Part shown: in pieces, positions 1 through 10,210 of the stretch
How positions within the stretch are numbered: the first letter of the stretch is position 1
Layout of the letters: every line of letters begins with the position of its first letter
Assembly (NCBI GenBank): GCA_041736895.1
Contig: JBGSSS010000213.1
Span: 25,534 to 89,533, forward strand
Origin: Pirellulales bacterium
Lineage (GTDB): Bacteria > Planctomycetota > Planctomycetia > Pirellulales > JALHPA01
Direction: 5' to 3'
Length of the DNA: 64,000 bases
The notes under the pieces: model-generated
Told to the model about the DNA's origin: nothing
Seen by the model: the letters and a program-made list of their open reading frames with translations, nothing else
The model's database searches: none
Made by a program: the position numbers and the translations under genes

Positions 1-149
1 GTTGTTCCGCGCGGCATCACATACCCCGGCAGCAAGAGCGACTCGCCTCCGGCATGCGCGGCTGAACCGTTGACGGCAAACAGCAGCAGGATGCCGAGCG
101 CGGAGAGCCGCGTTAATTTGATGCTCGTATCGATGGCGAAACTGCCCAT
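1..149 (-). CDS. secreted protein, N-terminal fragment (gene continues past window start)
   Basis: Own translation of minus strand from ATG (rc of 147-149): MGSFAIDTSIKLTRLSALGILLLFAVNGSAAHAGGE..., signal-peptide-like, open to position 1; absent from ORF track because truncated. Confidence 0.35.
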   Translation of the reverse strand, partial: MGSFAIDTSIKLTRLSALGILLLFAVNGSAAHAGGESLLLPGYVMPRGT

Positions 150-209
150 GAAAATATCTTGAGAGAAGCGAGTAACTGACCAAATTTCGCGCGGCAAAAA
201 GCTAGACAA

Positions 210-521
210 TCACTCCCCCACCGAAAATTGATTCAACGGCCGCCGCGCGGCGGTCGATTCCTGTTCCGCCCCGGGCACCAAGGGCGGGGTAAACGAATCG
301 CGAAACGCGGGCAACGATCCAATCGCATACATTAACCCAAAGAACCCGCCATGAACAATCAGCAGTAAGGCCGCAAAACCGAGGATCGCCGCCACGGCAA
401 TCGCCCAACCACTGCCCTGCAAAGCCAACACCAAGATCATCATGGCCAGGGCCAACGCCGCGATGAGCAATAGCATGGTGCGAGAAGTATAACTTGGCAA
501 GATCATGAGAATGGACTCCAC
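210..521 (-). CDS. small integral membrane protein (hypothetical)
   Basis: 103-aa ORF with 2-3 hydrophobic spans (LLLIAALALAMMILVLAL, AIAVAAILGFAALLLIV); preferred over the overlapping Arg/Gly/His-rich 202..543 frame. Confidence 0.45.
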   Translation of the reverse strand: MESILMILPSYTSRTMLLLIAALALAMMILVLALQGSGWAIAVAAILGFAALLLIVHGGFFGLMYAIGSLPAFRDSFTPPLVPGAEQESTAARRPLNQFSVGE

Positions 522-637
522 GGGAAGGAATGCGCCTCGACAATCGCCGCTGGCTTTCCTAATTTACGGGATACCCACCAAGAGATGCCAGCAGAAAACA
601 TTCGCCGCCGCCATTTTTCTTTCCCAGACGCAGGGCT

Positions 638-1033
638 ATGAAAGCCGCCGAACGAGCTGAATTCGATCGCTATCTGGATCAAGTCCTTGGCGAATTGCCG
701 CCGCTCGCCAAGTCGGTTTTGGACGAAATACCGCTCATCGTCGAGGATTACCCTTCGCCTGAGATCTGCGAAGCCGAAGGTCTCGAGTCTCGTGACGAAC
801 TCTGCGGCTACTTCGAGGGCATTCCCAAGCTTGAACAATCGGTCGACGCAGGGTATCACTTGCCGAATCGGATTTATCTCTTTCGCGAAGGGAACATGGC
901 TCTGGCGACCGATGACGAGGGCCAAGTCGACACCGCGGAACTCCTGCGGCAAATTCGAATCACCGTGCTCCATGAAGTCGGCCACTATGTGGGGATGACT
1001 GAAGACGAACTGACGGAACTCGGCTACGATTGA
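638..1033 (+). CDS. zincin-like metallopeptidase family protein (DUF1025/Zincin_1-like)
   Basis: 131 aa, C-terminal HEVGH (HExxH) motif followed by MTEDEL, size and layout typical of this small family. Confidence 0.7.
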   Translation: MKAAERAEFDRYLDQVLGELPPLAKSVLDEIPLIVEDYPSPEICEAEGLESRDELCGYFEGIPKLEQSVDAGYHLPNRIYLFREGNMALATDDEGQVDTAELLRQIRITVLHEVGHYVGMTEDELTELGYD

Positions 1034-1108
1034 ACGAAGATGACTTTTGACCGCCCAACGGTCTTGCCATAAAAAACGAACGACCCAGGTTCAATTCTCT
1101 TTCAACCC

Positions 1109-1930
1109 ATGCGCACCAAACTCTTCGCGGAATTCATCGGCACCTTCATTCTGGTCTTTGCCGGGACGGCGGCAATTGTCTTCAATCACATGAGCAAGGA
1201 ACCCGTCCCCTTGCCGAACGTGCTTGCCAATCCCGCGGCACAACTCAATCCAGACTTGTTGAATCCCACTCAGTTCGCCAACCAAGTCGCAGCAAAACTT
1301 TCCGCACCCGCGAATCCGGGAGCGATCACTCATCCGGGCATCGCGCTCGTCTTTGGACTCGTCGTGCTGGCCATCGCGTACACGTTCGGCGATGTTTCTG
1401 GGGCGCACATCAACCCGGCGGTCACGCTGGGTTTTGCCGTCGCGCGGCGGTTTGCTTGGCGCGACGTCCCGGGTTACATCATCGCGCAGTGCCTGGGGGC
1501 GATTGCCGCGAGCGGCTTGCTCTTTGCCATGTTTCCACTTGGCAAAGCCGTCAACTTCGGCGCCACAACTCCGTTCAACTCGGCATATGGAGATGAATGC
1601 TGGGTGCTGGAGATTTGGCTCACTTGGGCGTTGATGCTGGTGATCCTGCATGTCTCGACCGGGGCCAAGGAAAAAGGAATCACCGCCGGCATCGCGGTCG
1701 GCGCGGTGATCGCGCTTGAAGCGCTCTTTGCCGGGCCGATCTGCGGCGCGTCGATGAACCCCGCTCGTTCGTTGGCCCCGGCTCTCTTCAGCGGTCCTGG
1801 CGCGGCGCGAGATTCGCTTTGGATCTACCTTTCGGGTCCGATCATCGGCGCGGTCCTCGCCGTGCCAACATTTGCATTGACTCGCCAGAGTGAGAAGAAA
1901 GAATCCGATGGGAAGCCGCAAAGTGAATGA
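1109..1930 (+). CDS. MIP/aquaporin family channel
   Basis: Two NPA boxes (HINPAVTLG and SMNPARSLAP), six hydrophobic segments; unusually long loop A. Confidence 0.9.
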   Translation: MRTKLFAEFIGTFILVFAGTAAIVFNHMSKEPVPLPNVLANPAAQLNPDLLNPTQFANQVAAKLSAPANPGAITHPGIALVFGLVVLAIAYTFGDVSGAHINPAVTLGFAVARRFAWRDVPGYIIAQCLGAIAASGLLFAMFPLGKAVNFGATTPFNSAYGDECWVLEIWLTWALMLVILHVSTGAKEKGITAGIAVGAVIALEALFAGPICGASMNPARSLAPALFSGPGAARDSLWIYLSGPIIGAVLAVPTFALTRQSEKKESDGKPQSE

Positions 1931-1943
1931 GCCATCCGGCTCT

Positions 1944-2636
1944 TCATTTTTTAAGCAACCGCTCCGTCAGATATTGCAGCATCTCCTTCATTGCCGCCGA
2001 GTTCTGCTGCTCACCCGTGCGCTCGTAAATGCCGATCAGATTCAAGATGATCCGAGCGAGCCACAGCGGATGATCGGCGATTGGCAGGTCTTCCCAAGTG
2101 ATCTTCTGCGGCTGGCCGGTGACGTTTTCGATCAGCCGCCCTGCTTCGGCGACGGTGAGCATGCGCCCGTTTTGAAACGGGTCGATGATCATCCAGTCCT
2201 CTTCGGTCCGCACCGCCGCGAGAAAATGCCCCGGCGTGTTGATCCCCTCGACGGTTAGACCCATCCGCTCGGCGACCGCTTTGTAGATCAGGCACAGAAT
2301 CACCGGCAGCCCGCGGCGCGTTTCGAGTACGGCGGGTAATAGGCTATTCCTCGGCGAGTAGTAATTCTCGGCATTGCCGGTGAAGCCGAGTTCTTCGAAC
2401 AACTCGCGGTGCATGTGCGAAACGGCGGCGAGCGGCGAATGTGAATGCAACCCGCGCGATGATAGCACGGCCAGCGCGTCGAGGCTTGTGCCGACTTCGT
2501 CAATCTTCAGCAATGGGTCAACCTGCCACGCCACGGCGCACGCCGCTTCGACCAGCCCTTGGGTGTGATGCAGCAGCGGCACCTGGGTCGTGAAATGATC
2601 CCAAACCTCGGGCCGGCAATAGCGGGGAGCGGTCAC
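1944..2636 (-). CDS. transglutaminase-like (SirB1 N-terminal type) family protein
   Basis: 230 aa; LPVILCLIYKAVAERMGL...GINTPGHFL segment is the pattern I associate with the Transglut_core2/SirB1 family. Confidence 0.6.
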   Translation of the reverse strand: MTAPRYCRPEVWDHFTTQVPLLHHTQGLVEAACAVAWQVDPLLKIDEVGTSLDALAVLSSRGLHSHSPLAAVSHMHRELFEELGFTGNAENYYSPRNSLLPAVLETRRGLPVILCLIYKAVAERMGLTVEGINTPGHFLAAVRTEEDWMIIDPFQNGRMLTVAEAGRLIENVTGQPQKITWEDLPIADHPLWLARIILNLIGIYERTGEQQNSAAMKEMLQYLTERLLKK

Positions 2637-2668
2637 AGAAACGATGAACGAGGAACGATGAAGTAAAC

Positions 2669-2736
2669 CGTACGACGGACTTCCAGTCCGTCGAAATACC
2701 GGGTAATTCTGTGACGGACTGGAAGTCCGTCGTACG
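2669..2736. repeat. REP family C, perfect 24-nt inverted pair of hairpins
   Basis: CGTACGACGGACTTCCAGTCCGTC ... GACGGACTGGAAGTCCGTCGTACG; each arm is itself GACGGAC-ttcca-GTCCGTC. Confidence 0.85.
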
Positions 2737-2758
2737 AGAGGCTCAAAAATTCTCGCTC

Positions 2759-4891
2759 TTACTTCCCCGCGCTCGTCAATTCCTTGACCAACCCATCGGC
2801 TTGATAAATCGTGCGCAGTGCTTCGAGGATGCCGGCCGAATGGACCGACGTCGCGCGAGCCTGCTCATCGGAGTACGCAAAATCGAGGACCAGCGACTGG
2901 ATGTTGCCGTCGAAGATGATGCCGACGACTTCACCCGCGCGATTCACGACAGGGCTGCCGCTGTTGCCGCCGATGATGTCGGCCGTGCTGACAAAGTTGT
3001 ACGGCGTCCCGAGTTTGAGCTTGCCCTTATTCTTGATCCAGCTGGCCGGGAGCTCGAACGGGTCTTTGTTGCCATGCTTTTCGGCATGTTCAAACGTCCC
3101 GCCGAGTGTCGTCCAAGCCGGAATCTGCTTGCCGTCTTCGGTGTAACCCTTCACGGTGCCGAAGGCGAGGCGGAGCGTGAACGTGGCGTCGGGATACGAT
3201 TCGGTTCCTTCGGCGGCGAAGCGGGCCTTGGCCAGTTTCGCGTACGATTGCCGCAGCGGTTCTTCGACCGTGGTTTCGTATTTCTTGCGCGCCGCCCGCG
3301 CGGCGGGGTCGATCAACTTCGCGAGTTTGATCAGCGGGTCGGTGCTGGCGTCGATCGCTTTCTTGCCCTCTTTGAAGTAGCGTTCGCGTTCGGCGACGTC
3401 TTTGAGCTTCGTGCCGTTGATGAGTTCCGCAGCGCGGGTGCGCGGCGATTTGCCGTCCATGACCTTGCTGAGCATTTCAGCATAACGCTTGGATTCCGGC
3501 GACACATAAGGCGTCACGGGGCCTTCGCCGCCGCGCATCTCCATGTAGAACCCGAGCGAGTCGGCCAGCTTCGCAATCTCGAGCGAGTCATAAATCGGCG
3601 CGGGCGAGAAGAGTTCTTGCTTCAGCGAATCCAAACCCGACTCGCGATACTCGCGCAACCGATCCGCGTTCGCCTTGGGCAGTTCATCGGCCAAACGGAC
3701 AAGTTCGACCGCGATATGAAATAGTTGCGAATTGAAGGCCGCATTCTGTTCGAGCAAGTTGAACTCGACGACATCGGGCAGGAACTTTTCAAAGGCTTGG
3801 TCGATCGTTTCAAAAGCCTTCGCCGCTTCGGCGTTCTTGGTGTCTTTCGCAATCGCTTGACGAAGTTTCTCTTCGGCCGCGCGCTTGGCACTCATGACCT
3901 TGGGATCTTGCAAGCCGGCGAGTCCCCCGAGGCGCGCCTTGCGGCTGTTTTGGATGCCAAAGAGTTCGTCCTGAGCTTCTTGAGCGTTTTTATCGCTCCG
4001 TTCGGCGTAATTATTGAGCATGACCTCGCGGCGGCGGAGCATGTTGAGCATCACCGGAAACTGGCGATCGCGCATGTATTCCAGATGCGCGACGGTGTTT
4101 TGGCGGTCGGTCTTGCCTGGATGACCGGCGACGAAAATCAGTTCGCCTTCCTTCGCCCCCGCTTCGCTCCACTTCAGATGATGCTCCGGCTTGACCGGCT
4201 TGCCGTCTTCGTACGCGCGGAAGAAACAGATATCGAGGTCATACCGCGGGAACTCGAAATTGTCCGGATCGCCGCCGAAAAACGCCGCTTTTTGCTCCGG
4301 CGCGAAGACCAGCCGAACGTCGGTATACTTCTTGTACTGATAAAGATGGTATAGCCCGCCTTGATAGAGCGTGACGACGTCGCTACGGAGTTTCGACTTG
4401 TCGGTCGCTTCTTTTTCGATGTTGTTCATCGCCGCGCGGCGCGCCTTCTCGGCTTCCTCGGGCTTCATGTCGGCCTTCACCGCGGTGTTGACCTGGTCCG
4501 TGACGTCGGTGATTTTTTGCAAGACATTCAATTCGAGGTCGAGGCACTTGATCTCGTCTTTTTCTGATTTGGCATGGAAACCGTCGTTCAGGTAATCATT
4601 CTTGGACGTGGTCAGCTTTGCCAAGGCATCGGCCCCGACGTGATGGTTGGTCATGACCAGCCCATCGCCCGAGACAAACGACCCGCTGCCGCCGCTGTTG
4701 AAGCGGACGGCGCTCTTTTGCAGGTGCGTCAGCCATTCGTCGCTCGGCTCGAAGCCGTATTTTTCTTTCAGGATCTTGCGCGGCGGGTTGTTGAACAACC
4801 ACATCCCTTCGTCGGCGAATGTTGTCATGACGGGCGTCAGGGCGAATGCTAATAGCAGGGCGATGCGTGTGAAGGACATGTAGGGGCTCAT
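2759..4891 (-). CDS. S46 family serine peptidase (dipeptidyl-peptidase 7/11-like)
   Basis: Signal peptide then DEGMW hallmark, catalytic His in TNHHV, catalytic Ser in GGNSGSPV; start ambiguous (ATGs at 4924, 4891, 4879). Confidence 0.9.
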   Translation of the reverse strand: MSPYMSFTRIALLLAFALTPVMTTFADEGMWLFNNPPRKILKEKYGFEPSDEWLTHLQKSAVRFNSGGSGSFVSGDGLVMTNHHVGADALAKLTTSKNDYLNDGFHAKSEKDEIKCLDLELNVLQKITDVTDQVNTAVKADMKPEEAEKARRAAMNNIEKEATDKSKLRSDVVTLYQGGLYHLYQYKKYTDVRLVFAPEQKAAFFGGDPDNFEFPRYDLDICFFRAYEDGKPVKPEHHLKWSEAGAKEGELIFVAGHPGKTDRQNTVAHLEYMRDRQFPVMLNMLRRREVMLNNYAERSDKNAQEAQDELFGIQNSRKARLGGLAGLQDPKVMSAKRAAEEKLRQAIAKDTKNAEAAKAFETIDQAFEKFLPDVVEFNLLEQNAAFNSQLFHIAVELVRLADELPKANADRLREYRESGLDSLKQELFSPAPIYDSLEIAKLADSLGFYMEMRGGEGPVTPYVSPESKRYAEMLSKVMDGKSPRTRAAELINGTKLKDVAERERYFKEGKKAIDASTDPLIKLAKLIDPAARAARKKYETTVEEPLRQSYAKLAKARFAAEGTESYPDATFTLRLAFGTVKGYTEDGKQIPAWTTLGGTFEHAEKHGNKDPFELPASWIKNKGKLKLGTPYNFVSTADIIGGNSGSPVVNRAGEVVGIIFDGNIQSLVLDFAYSDEQARATSVHSAGILEALRTIYQADGLVKELTSAGK

Positions 4892-4925
4892 GAAAAAAGT
4901 ATTGATATGTGTGGATTGTTTCAAA

Positions 4926-4954
4926 CATTAGCCCCCCGTCAATGACGGGGGGGG
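4926..4954 (+). repeat. REP family B hairpin
   Basis: CATTAGCCCCCCGTCAATGACGGGGGGGG. Confidence 0.75.
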
Positions 4955-5048
4955 AGTTGCGTTGCAAAAGGATAATGTAATTTCGCGCGTGTTGCGCTGA
5001 ACAACATGCTTTTCGCGTGGGTTAAAACCCATGCCACGGAGGCATTTC

Positions 5049-5068
5049 GTGTGGGCTGAAGCCCACAC
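5049..5068. repeat. hairpin family D (terminator-like), abuts the OPT stop
   Basis: GTGTGGGC-tgaa-GCCCACAC. Confidence 0.75.
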
Positions 5069-7806
5069 TACTTACGCCGCTCCAGGTCGTTCGGTTTGGG
5101 GGACGGTGCGGCGGGTTTCTGCGGAGCCGCGGGTTGCGTTGGTTTCGGCGTGTCCGGCTTCGGAACTTTTTCCTTCGGCGGACGTTCTTTGCCGCTGAAG
5201 AGCCAACCGAGGCCGACCATTAGTAGAATCAGAACCAATATGCCGAAGGGAATCAACGGGATTTCGTTTTTGTAGTGTTCCCAGGATTCTCCTAATTCCG
5301 AGGAGAAAAACTTTCTGATGCTAAACATCTCCATTTGGTCTTTAGAAAAGATTCCTTGGAGAAACCCATAAAGCACTCCGGCAATGGCCCCGCCGGCGAT
5401 GTAGCCGGAGCTTAAAAGCACGCCGGGACTGGTGTCGCTTTCTGCGGCCGAAGTCTTCGTTCGCCATTCGATCAGCCAGCGAATCATCCCGCCGATAAAG
5501 ATCGGCGTCGAAACGGCCAGCGGCAAATAGATCCCCACAGCGAATGGCAGCGAAGGAATCCCCGACAGTTCCAACACGATCGCGATCAAGGCGCCCAAGA
5601 TGACCAAGGACCAGGGCAGTTTCTGATTCAGCACGCCATCGATGATGACCTGCATCAGTTTGGGCTTCGGAGCCTTGTAAAATTCTCGTCCACTAGTCGA
5701 ACTGGTCGCCGTTTCCGCTTCGCTATCGGTCAATCGTTTGGTGTCCGTTTTGGAATTCACCTTGAAGCGAACGATCCCCGTCTCATCCGCGAGATAAACG
5801 CCAGGATCGAAGTCGAGCAACTCGCCCGCCTTGTTCACATTGATGACGAAGTAGGTTTTATCGTCATCCGATCGCTTTTCCTGTTTTTGCGCGCGGAGAA
5901 AGTTCGGGTCAATCGGGTTGGCTTTGATCTTCGGCGTTTCGGTGACCGCTTCATAAGATTTGGTCGTGATTGGAATGCTAATCCGACCGTTGATTGGCGA
6001 GTCGGCGTAGAACTGAAAGACGCCTGCTTTGTCGACTAGGTATTTTCCCGCCTTGATCTGGCCGTCGAAGTCGCCTTCTTTAGCGTAGTAGACATAGTAG
6101 TCGTTCGAATCGTAGAGTTTTGAATTTGGATCGCCATATTCCCCGCCCGGTTTTTCCATTTTGAGATCCTTGAGCTGCGCTTCGGTCAGCGGCGGAATCT
6201 TGGGCAACTCGCTTGGATTTTTGGTGTAGATCGTGCCTGTTTGATTCAAAAAGATCAGCGTGAACCCGATGACCAGAGCCGACGTGAGCGCGCCGATCAA
6301 AATGGCCCATTGTTGGGAGCGCGGCGTCGCGCCGACGAGATAACCCGTCTTCAGGTCTTGTGCCGTTGTTCCGCCGTTGCTCGATGCAACACAAACAACG
6401 CCCGCGATGATGATTGCGGTGAGCGTGTCGGCCTTGCCCGTTTTGTCCATCGCGAAGAATATCAAACACGTCAGCAGTAGCGTCGAGATTGTCATGCCCG
6501 AGATCGGATTTGATGAAGAACCAATCGACCCCGTCAAGCGAGCCGATACCGTGACAAACAAAAACCCAAAGGCCAGAATTAACCCCGCGCCGATTGCCCC
6601 TTGGGTATTGAAACCTAACCCGAGTTGCGGCACGGCCATCATTGCCGCCAGCAAACCGAGCGATCCGGCGACGACAAAGCCCATGGGCAGATCGCGCTCG
6701 GTTCGCAGCGTCTTCTTGGCGGAGTTCACGGCGGGGTCTTCTTTCCCGCCGCGCAAATCGCGCAAACCGGCGACCACGGAGCCGAGGATCATCGGCAAGG
6801 CTTGGAACATGCTGATGATCCCGCCCGTCGCGACAGCACCTGCTCCGATATAAAGAATATAGTTGTGATGAATTTTGTCCGGCGTCATGTTCTTGATAAG
6901 GCCGGCGTCGGTCGGATCAACTTTTCCTTCGATCAATTCTTTTTCCGCTGTCGCCGGATAGATCACTTTCGGCACTTCACTGCCAAACATCTTGATCGTC
7001 GGCAGAAGCACAAGATATGCGAGCAAACCACCTGCGAAGGTGATGCCTGCGATCTTGGGTCCAATGATATACCCGACGCCGAGCAATTCGGGTGTCAATT
7101 CGCCAGAGACTTGTCCGCCGGGAAGTTCATGGATCTTGCTAATCCCAGTTTCAGCGTCAGTCGTCTTATATGCGACATCCCAGGCGACTTCGCGTTCCCA
7201 AAGTTTCCCGACAGACATCAATGCGTTGTACAGAAAAGCCAAACCAAAACCAAAGAACACGGTTTTGGCAGTTGAGCCTCCTTTCTCGCCGGCGATGAGC
7301 ACTTCGGCGCACGCAGTTCCTTCGGGGTACGGCAAGACATCGTGTTGCTTGACAATGAAGGCCTTGCGCAGCGGGATCATGATCAAGATGCCCAGCAAGC
7401 CGCCGAGGACGCCAACGGTCATGACTTGCACCGCTTCCATCTCGAAACCGAGTAATAGCAGCGTCGGCATTGTCACGCCGATGCCGAACGCGATCGATTC
7501 GCCGGCCGAGCCGGTCGTTTGCACGATGTTGTTTTCGAGGATCGTCGCGGGCCGCAGGCCGAACATGCGCGAGAGCCAACGGAAAAGCGTGATCGACATC
7601 ACCGCGACCGGGATGCTAGCGGAAACCGTCATCCCGACCTTGAGGACGAGATAGAGCGATGACGTGCCAAAGATGATGCCCAGGATCGCCCCGAGTAATA
7701 CTGCGGACCATGTGAGTTCCGCCGGCGCTTCCGTGGCGGGTATGTAAGGTTTCACCACCGTGGCTGGTTCCTTGCCCGACGGATTGGTTTTCATTGGTGC
7801 GGCCAT
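5068..7806 (-). CDS. OPT superfamily oligopeptide transporter with large soluble insertion
   Basis: Many TM segments typical of OPT proteins, about 200-aa hydrophilic insert, Pro/Lys-rich C-tail. ORF-track start 8001 reads through a REP pair, so I use the ATG at 7806. Confidence 0.88.
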   Translation of the reverse strand: MAAPMKTNPSGKEPATVVKPYIPATEAPAELTWSAVLLGAILGIIFGTSSLYLVLKVGMTVSASIPVAVMSITLFRWLSRMFGLRPATILENNIVQTTGSAGESIAFGIGVTMPTLLLLGFEMEAVQVMTVGVLGGLLGILIMIPLRKAFIVKQHDVLPYPEGTACAEVLIAGEKGGSTAKTVFFGFGLAFLYNALMSVGKLWEREVAWDVAYKTTDAETGISKIHELPGGQVSGELTPELLGVGYIIGPKIAGITFAGGLLAYLVLLPTIKMFGSEVPKVIYPATAEKELIEGKVDPTDAGLIKNMTPDKIHHNYILYIGAGAVATGGIISMFQALPMILGSVVAGLRDLRGGKEDPAVNSAKKTLRTERDLPMGFVVAGSLGLLAAMMAVPQLGLGFNTQGAIGAGLILAFGFLFVTVSARLTGSIGSSSNPISGMTISTLLLTCLIFFAMDKTGKADTLTAIIIAGVVCVASSNGGTTAQDLKTGYLVGATPRSQQWAILIGALTSALVIGFTLIFLNQTGTIYTKNPSELPKIPPLTEAQLKDLKMEKPGGEYGDPNSKLYDSNDYYVYYAKEGDFDGQIKAGKYLVDKAGVFQFYADSPINGRISIPITTKSYEAVTETPKIKANPIDPNFLRAQKQEKRSDDDKTYFVINVNKAGELLDFDPGVYLADETGIVRFKVNSKTDTKRLTDSEAETATSSTSGREFYKAPKPKLMQVIIDGVLNQKLPWSLVILGALIAIVLELSGIPSLPFAVGIYLPLAVSTPIFIGGMIRWLIEWRTKTSAAESDTSPGVLLSSGYIAGGAIAGVLYGFLQGIFSKDQMEMFSIRKFFSSELGESWEHYKNEIPLIPFGILVLILLMVGLGWLFSGKERPPKEKVPKPDTPKPTQPAAPQKPAAPSPKPNDLERRK

Positions 7807-7864
7807 GCACAAGCTCCGCGCGATGGTGGTTGGGCTGAATATTGTAGTACTGGCGAATTCATCC

Positions 7865-7927
7865 CAACCCGACGCGTAAGCAAGGGCGAACGGTGATTTT
7901 GACACGCCCTCGCTTACGCGTTGGGTT
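7865..7927. repeat. REP family A, inverted pair
   Basis: CAACCCGACGCGTAAGCAAGGGCG ... CGCCCTCGCTTACGCGTTGGGTT, 16-nt spacer. Confidence 0.8.
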
Positions 7928-8193
7928 AGTATCAAACTGGGAAGACTGTATAACTTGCCTGGAATTCCCAAATGTTGCAAGCCGAATGGCAAAGTAGCCA
8001 AGGTCGTAAGACCTTGGATTGAAAGACGTTGGAATCCTCACATAATCAGCGACGAAGATTGCTAGTGCAGCAACTTGTCGTATTTGCTATAGATTGTGAC
8101 ACCTCCGCCGGCTTTTGGCCCTCTGTGCCGCCACTCCGCCAGTTGCCGGCGTTTCCGATTTCGGAGTCCGCGGCCACGTTGATTGACGGATCA

Positions 8194-9744
8194 ATGACGC
8201 GAATACAACACTTGCTGGCGGTCTTGGGCATCCTGCTCGTGCAATTGGCGGCGCAGGTCTCTGCGGCCGAATTGGCGAACATTACCGCGGCGCGGCGCAC
8301 GGCTCTGGAGAGCATCACGGTCAACGACCTGCGCACGCATGTCGAATTTCTAGCCGACGATGCGCTCGAAGGCAGAAACAGCGGAACCAACGGCGGCCGC
8401 GCCGCAGGCTCGTATTTGATTCAACAACTCCAAGCGATGGACATCGCTCCTGGCGCAGGTAACAAACGCTACGACCAGCCGTTCGACGGCAATATGCGGA
8501 ACATCATTGGGTTGATCCCCGGCTCGGATCCGGAATTAAAAAACGAATACATCATTATCGGCGCGCACTACGATCACGTTGGGTACGGCAACGCCAAGAA
8601 TAGCAACGGCCCCATCGGCTACATTCACAACGGCGCCGACGACAATGCCAGCGGCACCGCCGCGCTGTTGGAACTGGCCCAGGCGCTCAAGAAGCTGCCG
8701 GTCGCGCCGAAGCGCTCGATCATCTTGGCATGGTGGGATGGCGAAGAGATTGCGTTGCTCGGGAGCAAGCATTGGCTCAAGCATCCGACGGTCGATCTGA
8801 AACAGCTCAAGGCTTCGATCAACATGGACATGGTCGGCCGCCTGCGCAAGGACAAGGTCGAAGTCTACGGCACGCGAACCGCCGCCGGCTGGCGGAATCT
8901 CGTGAGCCAAGCCAACCAATCCGACCCGCTGCGGTTGGATTACACCTGGGTCATGAAAGCCGACAGCGATCATCACCCATTCTTCGACGCGAAGTTTCCG
9001 GTGATCATGCTGCACACGGGCTTGCACGACAACTACCATCGCCCCAGCGACGATATCCAGACCTTGAACATCGAAGGGATCGAGCGAGTCTCGAAGTTGC
9101 TCTTTGAGATCACGGTGAAGCTGGCTGATGAGTTGCCGATTGGATCGTTCCGCGACGCGTCGCGCCGCGAAACGCCGGACATGCGGACGCAAAAGGAACG
9201 CGGCTTGCCGCCGCTCGGCGGACGCTTGGGTGTGCGTTGGAAAGACGCGGAGACAACCAGCGAGGGTCTGGAAGTGATCGAAGTCGCCGCGCGCAGTCCG
9301 GCCGCGCTGGCCGGTCTTAAAGTCGGCGATCGGATGTTGTCGCTCGAAGGGAACCCGATCACGAGCACCGATAGCTTTCGGCATCAGGTTCTCGCGGCTC
9401 CGGCCGATGTGACGATGCGGGTGCAACGAGCCGGCAACGACGAGCCGTTGGATTTGCCGCTCAAGCTCAGCGGCGAACCGGTGCGTTGGGGAATCACCTG
9501 GCGCGACGACGACGCGGAGCCGGGCATGCTGTATCTGCTGCGCGTGATGGACGGTTCTCCGGCCGCGCAAGCCGGCGTCAAAGTCGGCGATCGCATCGTC
9601 AGCGTGAACGGGCAGACCTTTGCCAGTCAGGACGAGTTCGAAAAACTCGTCACCGCCGATGAAGTCATCCTGCAACTCGAATTCGAAGGCAAATACCGCG
9701 ACGCTTCGGTCAAGGCGCTGAAGTTTCCCGCGGCGAGCGAATAA
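8194..9744 (+). CDS. M28 family metallopeptidase with two C-terminal PDZ domains
   Basis: Signal peptide MTRIQHLLAVLGILLVQLAAQVSA, GADDNASGTAALLELA and WWDGEEIALLGS zinc-ligand motifs, two GLKVGDR/GVKVGDR PDZ-like repeats; ATG at 8194 preferred to 8029. Confidence 0.85.
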   Translation: MTRIQHLLAVLGILLVQLAAQVSAAELANITAARRTALESITVNDLRTHVEFLADDALEGRNSGTNGGRAAGSYLIQQLQAMDIAPGAGNKRYDQPFDGNMRNIIGLIPGSDPELKNEYIIIGAHYDHVGYGNAKNSNGPIGYIHNGADDNASGTAALLELAQALKKLPVAPKRSIILAWWDGEEIALLGSKHWLKHPTVDLKQLKASINMDMVGRLRKDKVEVYGTRTAAGWRNLVSQANQSDPLRLDYTWVMKADSDHHPFFDAKFPVIMLHTGLHDNYHRPSDDIQTLNIEGIERVSKLLFEITVKLADELPIGSFRDASRRETPDMRTQKERGLPPLGGRLGVRWKDAETTSEGLEVIEVAARSPAALAGLKVGDRMLSLEGNPITSTDSFRHQVLAAPADVTMRVQRAGNDEPLDLPLKLSGEPVRWGITWRDDDAEPGMLYLLRVMDGSPAAQAGVKVGDRIVSVNGQTFASQDEFEKLVTADEVILQLEFEGKYRDASVKALKFPAASE

Positions 9745-9750
9745 CGCAGT

Positions 9751-9774
9751 CTCCCTTGCTTACGCGTCGGGCTG
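9751..9774 (-). repeat. REP family A copy
   Basis: CTCCCTTGCTTACGCGTCGGGCTG, ends 1 nt before the DUF971 stop codon. Confidence 0.75.
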
Positions 9775-10077
9775 CTATTTCGGCTCGCCGACGAATCCAA
9801 AAAGATAATCCCATGCATACAATCCCTGGTCATGCCCATCGGACCAGGTGATCTTCAGCGCGTAATTGCCGACGAGCTTCGCATCGCGCACGGTGATGTC
9901 ACGCGGAACATTCGCCGGGACGAGGATTCGCTGCCCCGTGTTCTCATCCACGCATCCGGCACAACGGCAGCCGCAGCGTAAGTCCCAGAACGGGTAGTCG
10001 CGGGTCTGCGAGTCTTCCCAAGTAATCCGCAAGAGCAATTGCTCACGCAGGGCTTTGATATCGAGGGGAGAATGCAT
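9775..10077 (-). CDS. DUF971 domain protein
   Basis: 100 aa, ITWSDGH...YAWDYL and CxCxxC pattern typical of DUF971 (gamma-butyrobetaine hydroxylase N-terminal-like). Confidence 0.75.
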   Translation of the reverse strand: MHSPLDIKALREQLLLRITWEDSQTRDYPFWDLRCGCRCAGCVDENTGQRILVPANVPRDITVRDAKLVGNYALKITWSDGHDQGLYAWDYLFGFVGEPK

Positions 10078-10210
10078 GAAAAAGCTATCCTAAGGAGGCC
10101 CTCCGCTGCGCGTCGGGGCTAACCGGGTCATTCAGGAACTTGAGACGATTGACTTGCAGTGTTATCTTATCCTCATCTTGCGGGAACGTCTCCTTAACAA
10201 ATTCGCGTCG

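Noticed and set aside
202-985. Alternative ORFs 202..543 (-) and 503..985 (-).
   Set aside because: 202..543 is Arg/Gly/His-rich and competes with a cleaner membrane-protein frame. 503..985 is antisense to the HExxH metallopeptidase-like gene at 638..1033.
7807-8001. N-terminal extension of the OPT transporter ORF (track start 8001). Similar extensions occur at 8029-8193, 10154-10210, 15493-15681, 27498-27872, 53127-53177, 52558-52632 and 55495-55761.
   Set aside because: The extensions read through REP elements or overlap neighbouring genes. Internal ATG/GTG starts give canonical N-termini or signal peptides.
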